Shown piece by piece: positions 36,572-50,312 of a stretch of DNA of 64,000 nt (its first letter is position 1; each line of letters begins with the position of its first letter). Below the pieces are notes generated by a model. It saw only the letters and a program-made list of their open reading frames with translations, was not told the origin of the DNA and ran no database searches. The position numbers were made by a program, and so were the translations under genes. This DNA comes from Ophelia neglecta (lineage: Eukaryota), in contig OZ260662.1 of assembly GCA_965285935.1 (NCBI GenBank), positions 24,800,001-24,864,000 on the forward strand, given 5' to 3'.

Positions 36572-39500
36572 TCACAAGTTAATAATAACAGTCACAACAG
36601 AAAAAAACTATGCTTTACTAATATATTTTTCATTTTTTAAATAGCCCCTCTGTGTACAAGGGGGCATCCCATCCGAGTCAGGCACATACGACACCTGACT
36701 ATCTTCCATAGAGGCCGTCCAGCCAATTGCTACCATGAGAAGAACACCTGGACAACCTAAAAAACATTATTTCTAATGCGCCATTTAACAATGTTTCAAT
36801 CAATTTCCAACATGACTGATGCTCATCTATTATACTTATTAGCAATTAATGTTATTGTAGAAAGGTCATATCTCATTTGTTGTGATTAAATCTCTTACTT
36901 ATCGACTTAAATTTATGTTGAAGATGTTAATATAGAAATATCCATCGACGATTAGAATCCTCGGCTACGCCTCGGGCGCTAATGACAATGTCGGGCTTGT
37001 TATTGTTGATGTCGGGCTATGAATAAAAGCACAACCCTCTCAAAAGTAATGTTATAGGTATATTGATAATCTTACCCAAGGTTTTATGATATATACAAAC
37101 GCATGAAAAAGGATACATCATACCGCAAGGACTACATCATACCACAGCTATGCCATTCCTAAGATATTTTCTTCCAATAGGAAATAAATCCTACCTACCA
37201 GCCATAATCTCACAATAGCACGCAAAAAAAACCATCGTTACAGAATAACGAAGACGGTTTAAATATGGCTTAAAAATGGTGTTGATATAATTTGGTACAA
37301 AATAGTTTTCCACTGGTTGACTTGGAAGCGATGTAAAAGTATTTGTATTCTTATTAGGGATATACTTTCAATCAATCATGTTTCCTCTTAACCGTCATAA
37401 TATACATCAGCATTCGTGCGTAGTTGTTCCTGGGCATGATACAATGGTCCATGAAAATCCAGACAGGGTATCTACTCGGTAGACTTGTAGAAACACGTCA
37501 TTCGTTGTCGTTAATTCCTGAAAATTAAAATAGTTTTTCAAATCATATAATAGAGCAAATATTCTTTTCTTAAACTCGGTTTTGGAATTGGCAAGTTAGC
37601 AATTTAGACGGTGTAAATCTCGATTAGTTTAGTTGGAATTATATACAAAAACACACATCATCACCTTATTATTGTAGCAAACAAGGTCGAGATTTTGACC
37701 AACACCATGCCATTACTAATTAGTAAAAGTTAGTTTACACTAAGAAATATAAAGCTATTTCTTGTTTCTGGGGGGGGGGGGGGTAGAAGAGGGGGGGGGG
37801 TATTTAACCACGTTGATGTTATTGATTGATCTCCAGGTAGCCGCCAAAATAGCCCATTTGCTATAAGTATTAACCTAAACATTCTACAGGATCCACATCG
37901 CTGTGTAAAATATGAATGCACGATAACAAGAAAATAAGAAGGATAATGTTAAATCCCTTATCGAAATAAGTTAAGCCCAAGGACAAGTCTCAATTGCCAG
38001 GCCCACGCCGTACACGTCTTATCATACAGCCACTACACACAGGAAAGCTATCTATACAACAGCTGGCTCCGATGCTTGTTTATCGACACAAGTTAAACAT
38101 ATTACCCAATCCAGGTGTAAGGGCAGTATGGGTCGAAGAATCCGAAAGGGGGTGCTAACTATCACCTGTGGGTTGGCTGTCACATTCCACCTCTATCCCC
38201 TCCCTAACCGCACACCCCACCCACACCCCTCAGGAGGATAAGGTACCCTTCCTACCAATTTAATAGGCTTCGACTGCACTGTTTGACCTCAACAGACGGT
38301 TCCTGGTGATTTTGCAACTCTTTACTGGACTATCCTTGATTTATGAGGATGGCTAGCGCCTATACCCGCCAGCCCCTAATATACCTCTTAACTAATACCG
38401 ATTACATGGCTTGGTATGTTGTGGGATGGGACATGGTGTAGTAGATCGAAGACGAGGAACATACTGTTGTTAAACTGATGTGTGAAGATTAACTCGTTTT
38501 TACCAAGGCTATGGGATCTATCCAATTTACTTGGGTTCCCTGCTTTTTTCTGATGTTTGACTGATGTTTGCAAGTGTATTGGGAAAAAAGATATAATGTG
38601 GTACAGTAAAAGGAAAACAGCTTAAACAATTTTTCATTTAGTTTCCAATCATTTTTTCTCTGGCATTGGGCCAGCGTATGAATTTGCTCATAAAACCATG
38701 GTTAATTACTTCATACATTTGATAGCTTCCATGCACAGAAATACATAATTATGCTGTTATTGAAACTTATACTTGCAAATGGCGTCGAGAGGTGGAACAT
38801 ATTATGTATTTCGTCTCGCAAGAGGGCCAAGCCGCCGGACGGTTGGGCTGTTTTCGCAGATAACATCTGTTTCCTTTAAATTTCATAGAATTTTTTACTT
38901 TGAAGCAGACGTAAAAACCGAGGCGAAGACGAGTTTATCGCGATTTCGAATAACGTTAATCAGACTCAGTATCAGACATTATTTATTAACAAAATAAAAA
39001 AACAAATCATACGTAGCCTACATGTGTGACCAGTAAATATTTTACACATAGTTCACAAATAAGCCAGATTTCGATTAATTTTCGTTTCAAATTACCTAAT
39101 AGGGCATATGCAAGAACAATTTTTCTCTGTCGCTGGGCACGCGACCCAAATAGTCAATGGTTTCATTGCCGCAGCCGTGGTAGGGAAGAAAACTGCAGTG
39201 GGACAAGACACCACGGGCAAAATAGTTATGTGCTTCATCCGAATTCAGGTATTTGCTTAAGGTTTATTTCCGAAAAAATTAAAACAAATCAATTATAAAA
39301 GATAGAAATCAAATACGTTATTTACTCTATTGCTGAAGTGGACCCTGGAAGAAGCATAGCTCGCCGTCGGCACCGGTTCCTCTGACAGATGACTCGGTTT
39401 TCCATTTTAAAGTAGCGATATCTTATAATATAAGACAAATTAAGTTGTGAAAAATGTCTGGGTATAGGCCTAGTGCCTTCATGTTGTTTGGGGAATTTTA

Positions 39501-41594
39501 TTATTGGTTTTGAGTAACAGTACTAGTAATTATAAGTGTCATGGCGCTCCTGGACGGAGGCGTCAAACGTATATGCTAATTTAAGTATGGCTATGGCGAA
39601 ATTACAAACATGCCACCTAATGTAGTGAACTTTGTAAGTTAAATGATTTTATAAGAAAATCTTTATAAAAATAACATAAATAGGCGGTATTGTTGAAACA
39701 TAAGCAACGAAACAGACTTGACATTTTCAGTATACCTTAATCACAGTCATATGATATTGGGCAAAGCTAGACGGACATTATTTCAGCCACAATTTAACTT
39801 GAAAAAGATCTTTTGGAACGCGGATTGAATATCAAATGGCCCTTTAACCCCTCCTACGACACCGGACGTCAAATGACCTGAAAGAAATCGAAAGACCAGA
39901 TAAGCAAGCCGAAGAACTACACGCATAATTGGGATTTCGATCGGTAAGTCTACTTTCACCACATCTAGATGCTATACACGGTTTTGATTTCATTTTATTA
40001 ATCATCATTTTCAGAAGGCTGGGGTGCAAGTCAAAACAGATTAGTGGACTAGTTTTGTGTAAGAGGTCACCTTCACTAGATGAGATGACTTCAATCTAGC
40101 GACAAGTGTTCTTGCATGCCATCCTGCTTAAGATGTAGCCTTGCTACCTGTTAAAATTGAGTTATGGGGACAAAGAAAACTTCATTGATTATGTAACATC
40201 ATAGACTCACAAATGGACTCAAGTGTTCCTAAATGTCTAGGCATGTTTATGCCGGTCTATTGTGTGAACAAAGATCCTGTCAGTGTTTCCTGCAAAGTCT
40301 TACTGATTCTAGCAGTATCTATCATAATGGGGGTTAATAAATATCATCATCAAAACTATGAAGGTTAGCTCTGCAAAACATTATGAAAGCTGACGAAGGC
40401 CTGACTTCCCCCAAAAGGAGCGCTATTTTGCACGCAGTTTGAGGTTACATAGATGCTTTTTTACATGTAAATTCACAAATCTGCAATAATGTCACCACAA
40501 AAATAAATTTATTAAATGCAGGAATCTTTTTTCATTTTGAACAACACAGGCGTTGGTTTTATGAAATGAATCAAGATTCACACATTTTATAATCTTATTC
40601 ATTGGTGACTATATTGTAGATTGGTGAGTATATATTTGAAGATCCCTCGGTGATACCATAAACTGGGTGCATAATAGCGTTCTAAGGAAAGTCGAGTCAT
40701 GTTTGATTTAAACGTCACGGAGCATAGCTAACCAAACATAAGTGTAATGCCCCATCAACACTATATATACGACTGATAAGAAATTGTTTACTTCACAGAG
40801 CTAATACACCAGTGTTGTTTCTCAGGTGTTCATGGCCGTTATATCACACTTTTTCTTGTTAAAGTAAACTAGTCTTAATTTCTTAGTTCTTTTTTCCTAG
40901 AATTAATTGTGTCGAGTGCTACTTATAAATGATCTTTATATTCTCAAAAAAAAACACTGGTTAACAGTGTTTATATGATAATGTGAACCACGAACAAAAC
41001 CATAGCATTTAATAGCTGTAAAAAAGTTAAGTATAATATTTAGCATTGTATTCATCAAAACATAGCACATGTAATCATCACAATTTAAACAAATTTAGAT
41101 GTGTGAGACATACGTTCTAGAAAATTGTGTACGCCAATTATGAACGAATTTAATCAATCATTTCTAGTAACTGTTGGTTACCTTCATATATTTCCTCATA
41201 AAATTCCGTGTTGCAATAATATTATTGTAAAGTGTTAAGACCAGTAACATTCATACTTATTGTAATACTATGGATCACGAAGAAATTAAGCCACCAGATC
41301 TATAAATTATGGAAAACTGCTGCAGGCTCACATTATATTTTGTTGCTTTGTGATATGGCTTACAATTGCCATATCGGCATGTTAAAATATTTCAGACTAA
41401 CCTTAATTAGTGAATTGGCTAGTATTTCTAACGATTGTTTGGACAATTGTTTAAATACTGACCAAAATTAGACAATTTGACTAATTTTCTCTGTTCAAAG
41501 TTATCAGTGAACTCAAATTGTGCATGTTCGATGTGTTAGCGCTTTTATGCAGGCTAAACATTGGGGTTAAAAACAGAATCACACGAGTAAAGTC

Positions 41595-41686
41595 CTGAGG
41601 GGAGTCTTTACATCCGACGGATACATCATGCACGGAAATCTGAGGGGAAACATAACATCCGACGGATACATGATGCACGGAAATCT
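41595..41686. repeat. Tandem duplication, 45-bp unit x2
   Basis: ctgagggga-N6-acatccgacggatacat(c/g)atgcacggaaat at 41595 and 41640. Confidence 0.9.
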
Positions 41687-43860
41687 ATCCCGCGGACGCC
41701 TTGCAACATTTTAGTAAGATACAAGTAAAAATATTCGACAGTGGGGCTTGTACATCATGTATGCATCAAAGCTAGTTCCGATATAATCTAATTTGTGTTC
41801 CACACTATTTCACATTAATTTGCAACTAGAGTCGATATAATACTCCTAATTCAACTTGTCTGCTCTGTATGGACATTACGAACTGTTATAAATACATTGT
41901 CTAGCTAAGCATTATATTTCTGCAGCACATTTGACTCCTGTTATAGAAAGAGGGGACGTGGCCAAAACGTATACATATCCCATGTGGTAAATGATATGGG
42001 AAAACACGCGTGTCTGTTTGACAGGGGAGGGCAGGGGGAAACCATTTTCTGGGTTATTCATGTCTGCAATTGTTCTTGTTTTACAGATATCAAAAACCTA
42101 TAGTCCGGTCACTATTAAGAGACAGTAAGCACATTTAGGTACGATGTTATATTCCAAAATATTAAATTCAGGCTTAAACAACCATTTATTAATTATCATG
42201 GTATAAGCCATCGTATTATCTAAGATAAGGTGCTATAAATTTTTATTTATATTTGGCCATTTCATAGATTGGTCTCAAATGAAATATGTGGTATAGTGCC
42301 ATATAGTGCACATGGGTTTGATTCTCAAAAGTTTGGGTCATAAGGGGTCCTCTACATGGTCAATAACATAGGCACAGGATGCACTTTTTACACCTTGCAT
42401 TCCGTTATATACTAGTACCTCTAAACGTATTTCCGCAGAAGATGGTATAAATATATATATATACATATGATATAAACTTATTCTGAAAATATTTACTCAA
42501 GGGTATTTGAGTGCAATGTGATAGCACCTATGCTCCATCTGTTCGAAAACACATTCTGAGAGCTGGCAAATTGCCACTACCAGTATAACGTATTGTCATA
42601 TGCAGCTCATTTACAGCGCAAAAACCTATTGGTGACTAATGTGATGAATCCGATTGAACTGTTTACTCGCCAAGAGTTGAAGGACATTCATAATTTGCCT
42701 CAGTTGTCCTGAGGAACTAACCATGAATTATGTTCAGAACTGTCTACTCGTGCCGCTAAATGTTCAAACCAATGTTGATCTAGCTATTTGAGTTATCAAG
42801 AAATAAACATATTCCTATTTGTAAAGATATATATCCAGACAGTATTAAGTAATCAACGGCACTTTATGAACCCTTGCGGGCGCAGACACATACGAAGCTC
42901 GGTGCATTGCTCAGCCTCTAGAGTGTATTTTTATAACGGCTGGAGCCAATACTATTTTATCGAAAACATATTATAGAGATGAGTCTCAAGACACTTTATC
43001 CAGATGAAAAGGGTCGGGTCCAATCGGATCCGGCCATGAAGGGAGTACTAAGGTTAAGGTTCCCCCCACCCTATCCTCCTCTCACAACTGTGTAGAGATA
43101 ACATTCAATTTCCAGAATAGGTACGTTAAGGAAATTAAATGGAACTTTGGAGGCTGGGGGGGGGGGGTGTTAATGACCAATGAACTAAATTCAAAAGAAG
43201 ACTGCCTTTTGTATCGAGGAGTGTTATTGCAAGCATATTATATATTTTGTTGGCATTTCTTTACAGGAAAGCGATAGTCGCCTGGTTGAACACCCCTGAC
43301 ATGTTTTACTCGTAAAGTAAAAACTCAAAACCTTTCAGGAACAGTGGGGTTTTTCTATTGGGTCAACGTTGTCTTTAGGAAAGAGGAATCGCTTCGCAAT
43401 GCTCTGTTGAAAAAGCATCTAACATGATCCCGTTTTCTAGCCGGGAGACGAATTAAACAAAACGAGTCATTCTTCATGTGGTTTCGGTGTGTATATGACG
43501 AATGTATACGAAAACTGTTAAGTTGTGTATAGACAAATGGCGTGCTTTCGATGAGAATGAAGGTTCAATTTCAAAAAATATTATTTATGCCATCCCTTCG
43601 GTTTACTTCGTATTCGTCTGTTTCCGTGAATCTACAACGGAAGCCAAGAGGCGATATATAGCGCAGCTCAAATTCAATTACTAAACGCCGTTTGGAGTTA
43701 GTTGGTTAACAATGGATGACTGTCGGTAGCAATTCTTTGCTGAAATGGTGAAGTTGTTGGACTGGTGTAACTCCATAGGGCGGGGGGGGGGGGGGGGGGA
43801 GCAAACCACACTCTGCAGCGATAGATGCTTTATGGTCCAGGTGTGGAAAGAAGCTGCGGG

Positions 43861-43995
43861 TGATGATGTGGCACATAAAACATGTTATGTCCAGCTCCAT
43901 TTGCTACTGCCAACTATAACACTGTACTTTATATGTATTTTGCCTATATGTACATGTTTAATTATTATGTTGCCAATTGAATTGAAAATGAAACT
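43861..43995 (+). repeat. Retroposon 3'-tail fragment, copy 1 (related to 56358-56495)
   Basis: Shared gatgatg..aacatgt..tccagctcc.ttt.ctact.ccaa.tataa...actttatatgtattttg, ending in ttgaa/tgaaa repeats. Confidence 0.7.
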
Positions 43996-44344
43996 CAGTA
44001 CCCTGGTCCCTCTCCTAATTCCACCAGTGGTAATTTACAGAGAAGCAGACCGCTAAAAGGACGAGACGGGACGGTCTACTTAAAAAAACGACACTGAGAT
44101 TTACCATGATACTGTTGCTGTATTGTTACGCATTCTGAATGAATTTTTCGCAGAAAATGATTATTCATTTCCTTAACATGCCTGTATGACAAATAATGTG
44201 GCTGGCTAAGTGAGTGTAACGACAATTTGGATACCACATTCACTGAGGGTGTCATATTTTCAACACGCTGTACTTGAGAGAGTTGTACAATATTTCGAAG
44301 TGGACAAGGAGTCCATCCGCATTCGCATCCATGTCTATACGTAA

Positions 44345-44411
44345 GTGTATGTATATGTATATATGGGTGTGTGTGTGTATGTGAGTATATGTATGTATGT
44401 GTGTGTGTGTG
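44345..44411. repeat. Compound (TG)/(TA)/(TATG) microsatellite
   Basis: Directly visible alternating purine-pyrimidine tract. Confidence 0.9.
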
Positions 44412-45025
44412 CGGACATATTTGTTCTTGCTCGGAAGGCCAGGGCAACCTGAAAGGGCTACCCAGGTTAAATTTGTTGTAAAAATAACGTTCTAATTTGC
44501 AAATGATGCATTTCGAACGTTTGTTTAGGTCTCTAAAAGCAGCTTAGAATATACATAAACTGGTGTCCGTTTAGATTGCACCGCACGCCATCTGTATTCT
44601 CATCATCATCTTTTAGCTGATAGTGGTGAGCTGTGGATCGTTAACGTGGATTAGTGACCAGCTGGCATTCGATGTGGTACATAGAGACCAATTATTGCGT
44701 ATATGCTTTGATTATGGGTGTTAAAGACAGGCCAATTAAATGTGATAGGCATAAGCTAGTAAGAGTGCCTTGGCACCCAGCTGTTAGTGAGATATGGAGA
44801 CGATTACTCGAATCTTCATGCAGATATAATTATTATATTTGTAATTGCATATTTGTAATTAACTGAATAGGTCGTGATCATTAATTAACCCTGCGCCGCC
44901 TCCGACAAAAGCTTAAGAATATGTGTGTATGACGTTTGCAAACAAACCCGCTCCTTTATTGAGTTATTGATGGCATTAACCAGCACCATCTATAGAACTA
45001 CATTGATACACCAAATGTCAAGTAT

Positions 45026-45235
45026 CGGCTATTGATTAGACGCGGGGGTGCGGACGCTATGCGGAGGCGGAGGTTTTTGGAATTCCGAAACAGAAAACAT
45101 CGCCAGCATGGCTAGGTTAATAGCTGAGGCTTAAACTTCGGATAGAGAAAGGGTCATCTTTACTAGTTCTAATGATCTGTCACAATTTAAGGATGTACGC
45201 CCGCATGACCCCGCGACTCAAATATTAGAATGCAC
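45026..45235. mobile_element. MITE family A, diverged copy (inverted relative to 46886-47089)
   Basis: attgattagacgcgg...gcggaggt...cagcatggctaggttaatagctgaggcttaa aligns to the reverse complement of 46886-47089. Confidence 0.7.
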
Positions 45236-45539
45236 TTCGACCACATATCAAAGAACCAAGCGCTGACCAAACTATTTGTCCCAAAGAGAGGTGACCGATG
45301 AATTATTTCCCAAGACCTATATTCACAAAAAGAAGAGATTTTATTTATGCATCATGCCTAATGATCGTTATTTTTTGCTGATAAGACCATATCCTTGTGA
45401 ACAACAAAATTGAAACCCATCGGTAATTAATGTGTAAGCCAAGTTGAAGATTTGTCATCTTAATGGTGGTGGAATCAAAAGTCCTCATGTTATTTCTCTC
45501 CACCAGCTCTGAATGTGTTTATTTCCGAAAATAAATACT

Positions 45540-45716
45540 GTTAGTATTATAAAAGCTTTTCTGAGGTGCGTTCTAGCTGTTGTCAAACAAAGGGCACCCT
45601 ATTGTGATATCGACAAAGCACCGGATTTGCCTGTGGTTTATTTTAAACATCATGCCAGCTACAGAGATTTGCGTCTGAGGAAGCCATTTGACTGTGGGTG
45701 AAATGTCGTCTCTGTG
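45540..45716 (+). mobile_element. Probable Penelope-like element 3' remnant (GIY-YIG C-terminus plus degenerate hammerhead motif)
   Basis: FLRCVLAVVKQRAPYCDIDKAPDLPVVY resembles the PLE endonuclease tail (FxRxxKEAIxIxxxxPxLNRDxGxxLPxxY) and is followed by CTGAGGA-A-GCC...GGT-GAAA-TGTCGTC. Confidence 0.55.
45662..45716 (+). ncRNA. Degenerate minimal type I hammerhead ribozyme motif (PLE type)
   Basis: Core CUGAGGA at 45675-45681, imperfect stem II GCCAU/GUGGGU, GAAA at 45700-45703, very short stem III region UGUCGUC; flanking cagaga/tctctg are complementary. Confidence 0.45.
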
Positions 45717-45860
45717 TTGGACGCATATCTGTTACCTCTGATGCTTTGTTATAGTACAAATACGTCATAGAAACTGTGGCGCAAATTGCAAATGAAATTG
45801 GAATGTTTGGCCAAACACGCCACCCTCAACAACTATCAGATTATGATAGAGGTTAAAATT

Positions 45861-46079
45861 CGGCTTTGTGTTAACAGCGAAAGCAAAGGTGCGGCGAAAG
45901 CAGCATTGGTTGCACAATAATCTACAATATCCGCCATTTTATAACCCAACCCGTACCCAAACATCTCGGTTTAGTCCTTTGTACAAGGGGTAAGGGTAGG
46001 GTGATTACTGTGATTATGCTAGCTCATTTTAAGAGGCCCAGCTGCTTTCGCCGAGGCTTTCGCCGTTAACACAACGCCG
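45861..46079. mobile_element. MITE family B, 219 bp, with near-perfect terminal inverted repeats
   Basis: The 5' end cggctttgtgttaacagcgaaagc matches the reverse complement of the 3' end cggcgttgtgttaacggcgaaagc (22/24), with an inner repeat cggcgaaagcagc in both arms; TT flanks both sides. Confidence 0.85.
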
Positions 46080-46754
46080 TTCAAATTTACTGTTTCTATA
46101 ACGCTTTTGTTACCACGTTATTTTCTTTGACCAGTTATGGAATAAATCGTAATAATATTTGGCATTTGCAAAACAAATCAGAGTCTTTGGCTTTGGAAGG
46201 TATTCGATTAGACACGCTTGTATTTTTTTGAATACAATTTATGGAATCGTGTGGAAATGATGACTCGTACGTACACAAACGACACGGCTGTTTTGAAATC
46301 GCCCATATGGGCCATGTGGAAAGAATGACCAGAACGCTCAAACAAAAACTGATCGCTCTGAAATAACCCCTACGGCAAGCGTAGAAGGAACGCGAGGGGG
46401 CACAACGAAAATCGCCTTTTCGTACTCATGTAATGGATAAATAACGGGTTAACCTGGTCTGATCTAGACTACTACTACGTAAGTGTAGTTACTATTTCGT
46501 TATGCTCACTCATATTAAATCATTTAACAAATTATTACTATGAAAATACTCAGGAATTCACGACTGTTGCGTTGCTGCCCCCTACCTCCCCCCCCCCCCC
46601 CCCCCACACACAAACTCCAAACCAACTTAAGCTTATCCTCACCGGCATTTAGAACCAGTAGCACATTTTTGAAACTTTTTGCACCATTTCCTTGAAACTT
46701 TCACGCATTGGGCAATATTTAAATAAATACGTGGAAGAAACTATAATAAAATGT

Positions 46755-46788
46755 GGCTTTTGATTAAAAGCGGATGTGCGGAAGCTTG
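46755..46788. repeat. Solo terminal fragment of MITE family A
   Basis: ggcttttgattaaaagcggatgtgcggaagcttg is nearly identical to 46887-46920. Confidence 0.8.
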
Positions 46789-46885
46789 AGTTGGCAATTT
46801 AGATAGGGGCACAATACAATAATTTAAAACAAAAACTAAAATCTCCCTTATCCTAAAAAGACACAGACTGAGTCATGTACCTTTT

Positions 46886-47089
46886 GGGCTTTTGATTAAA
46901 AGCGGATGCGCGGAGCCTTGCGGAGGTATATCCCGAAATTAGTACAGAGCACTAGACATATTAAACTTGAAATTAACCCTCAGCCCTAACCCGAACCTTG
47001 CTGACGCTTTTTGTTTCCTGTCATTCTGAAATACCCATGACCTCCGCGTCCGAATACCTTCCGTACGTCCGCATTTAATCAATGGATCC
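46886..47089. mobile_element. MITE family A, ~200 bp, with imperfect TIRs
   Basis: Left end ttgattaaaagcggatgcgcgga; right end tccgtacgtccgcatttaatcaa (inverted); central ccctaacccgaacc. Confidence 0.75.
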
Positions 47090-50000
47090 TTTTGCGGATA
47101 ATAGGTTTCATCATTAATTATCTGATTAGGTTTACAACATATACTACATTTGACATTAAATGCGATGCGTTCAGCCACTATTAAACGGGACCTTTGATAC
47201 CTTCAGCCTGTGGGTGACATAAGCTTTACTTTGCGCATTATCTTGGCGTTCCCCACGTGCGCACAATTCATCAATTCTTGTTTACCAGTAAGAAAAAACA
47301 GTCCTGGCCGTATTTTCCTCCGATGATGGTTTCAAAATTACTAGTAACACCTATGTCTAGAGGGTTAACCTATTTAGATATAAAAGTGAACTGATCGTAG
47401 TTTTATCATCTCTGTAGCATGGAGTTCTTAGGCTTAAGAGCATTGATATGAGGAGCAATGGGATCGGTGAGTGGTCAAATGTGTAGCACAGCACAAAGGA
47501 CCAAGGACCCATACCTTTAAGATATAATTAACTAATGGTTCGAGCGTCAACTCGTCGAATATTTAATGGGAACCTCGGAGAAAACCAATCAGATGATGGA
47601 TATTTAACCTTTAATCAGTATGAATTCTACGGACAGGAACCCAAAATACCCAAACCTATCAATTGCTTGAATAAACATATTCACTTGATATTAAATAGTT
47701 ATATCGTTTTCTCCTGTCAGTATTTACCCCAAAAAATTGAAAAAGCCTAAGGCATCGAACCTTTCTTGTCGTATTGCACTTTAATTTATGGTTATTAGCA
47801 TAACTACTTTTGAAGATTCAATATATAACTACCTTAGAGAATTCAATATATATTCATTTCAGTATTGAGAAACGTGTCAATTCCAGTACACGTACCATAC
47901 TTCTCTCCCCTTGTTTACAGAGGGCAACCCAGCAAGATATTTTCAGAAATCATTTACATTTCTGAGGTGTGCCTTGTCGACATCAAACAACTGAAGAGTA
48001 TGGGTTATCAACGATCATCTACCATTTACCAAATCACCGCATTTACTGAATCATTGCAACCATGGGATCCACATAGATGCAAATCACTTTTTTCATAAAC
48101 CCTTTGGGATGTCAAATTGAGTACTGCAAATACTAGAAACTAATCACCAAAATAATTAAGGAAGACATTGGCCTTTCAATAACGTGGTTATCTTATTATT
48201 TCTCAATAATTGTTCATAGTCATAATTAGTATATTCGAAATGTCGGATATTAAAAAGGCACATCGGGCCAGGTCAAATAGCATAATTCACGCATTATTGT
48301 ATTATATTCTTATTATTGCTTTGAAAATGGCAGAGTATTAGGCTGATAGTTTTTCAATTACTTTTACGGAAGATTCGCTGCAAAGGTTCATGAGACTCCT
48401 TGCAAAGAAACCTCAACACGAACTTCGACTTTTATTTTTATTATCACATTCCATATCAAACACAATAAGTTTACAAAGTTAAACGCTGCCTTTGGGCTAA
48501 ACATCATATATATCAAATATATACTCTTTAATTTATTTTTACAAAAAACCCCTATGAGGACAAGGCATTCGTAATCCATATTGAACATCAGCAGTAGGTA
48601 ACCAAATAGCCATATTTATTAAGCAATTGTCTTTGCGACTCTAAATGACTCATACAGTTTAAAACTATTAAAAAATCTGCATGACAAACTTGCTGACAAT
48701 ATGTACGAACTAACAAATATTACCTTTCTTTGGAATAAAGCCAATTCAGTAAAAGCAATTAAACATGTTCACGCCACTTTCATTTGAGCTCTTGGCATTT
48801 TATATCTTTAGGATGCCGATATTCAAATGAAAATATATTGCCATTGCCAATATTGCACGTTCGACGATATTACTAGGACAGATTTAGACAAACGCAAACC
48901 AGGGGAGGCCAGAACATTGAGTAGCATAAACCGGCCAATTTAGATTCATAAATATGAAGCAGTCCAGTTCGAAAAAGTATTTTAATGGGTTTCTATATAG
49001 TCCAAGCTTCGTTCAGTGGTTTTAATACATCATATTTGACTTAGTTGAACATAAAAATACAGCAAATGTTTGGTCCATATTCTACAAATAGCGACCCTTA
49101 GTATGTCACGTTAAGCAGGCTAAAAATAGAGCCTTTTACCACATATTCAATGCAATTTAATAACAATATTTCTTATAATATTAGACACCATAACACAATA
49201 GAGATAACGTTTATTACATGTCAGCTAGACATTACTAGACAGATATGATCATATATTGGTAAAATAAATAAGGTAAACGGGAAATATGTTTTTGACCCTA
49301 AATCAATAAACTATGAATATTATCATAAAAAAAAACCCGCAATAAAAGGAAATGCCTACAGTATTTGATTTTCAAAAAAGAATTGTGCTAACAGTGATTC
49401 CATCGGTTTAATTGAATGGACAATCACATGGCGGCCAAGTGGATTCTCTATTATGCTGTACCAGACTTCGGTTGAAGTAGCATATAGTTTTGTGATAGGG
49501 ACTAACTCAACTATGGGAAAAAACAATGATGAATTAGAAAATTACGGGCTCAACAACACTGATAACAATATGTATATTACGGGATTAACTAAACAATTTT
49601 ATGTATTCTAATATGCCAGAAATAGCTTAGATTTCGGCCTTGTTCAATTTTTCTAGCAAATTTTGGCATGTAGATGAATTTTACTAAGAACCAACCTTCC
49701 ATTTTGGGGCAAGAACACAAGTGTCACAAAATTGGATTTCCCAATAAAATGGCGTGTTGGCTCTTCTATGGCTAGATTGACTTAATATTCTGTCAAACTG
49801 GCAGTGTAAATATGAAGTTAATACCCCATTCAATAGTGTACATCATTTTTGAATAAAATATTACGATAAAAATTACATATTAGTAAAGGTGCATTCGGTT
49901 TCCTGCGGGTCATATCTTTTATCTGGCACAAACGCTATATCCTTTGAAAACCTGCAACGAAGAAACACTTTTCGCAGGTTTCTTTTAACAAAACCTTAAT

Positions 50001-50312
50001 TTCTCCGCAGAAGTACTCTTGGGCGGAGTGGAAATGAAATATAACGAACCCCTCCCCCCCCCCTCCTACCACCTGCCCTGGAAATCAAATGTAACCTAAC
50101 ATGGATATCAGATTAATAGTTAGTCAAAGAGCAAAGAGTCATGTGCGGTAATCATGTGCAAGATAAATACAGCATGCACGAGTTATAATTCGAAATATAC
50201 GTATCATTTCGCTTACAATTAATTCAAATTGACAAACAAACATATCATCGATATATTGTGCATGATGTTAAATTATAGCAAAAAAGTACTGACTTTTAAT
50301 TTGTTCTTAATA

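Noticed and set aside
36955-39010. ctcggctacgcctcg (36960) and ccgaggcgaagacgag (38918) motifs resembling Crypton-type non-autonomous repeats
   Set aside because: Probably repeat-derived, but boundaries and family cannot be supported from the sequence alone.
44076-44447. 123-aa His/Thr-rich ORF
   Set aside because: Produced by translating the (TG)/(TA) microsatellite.
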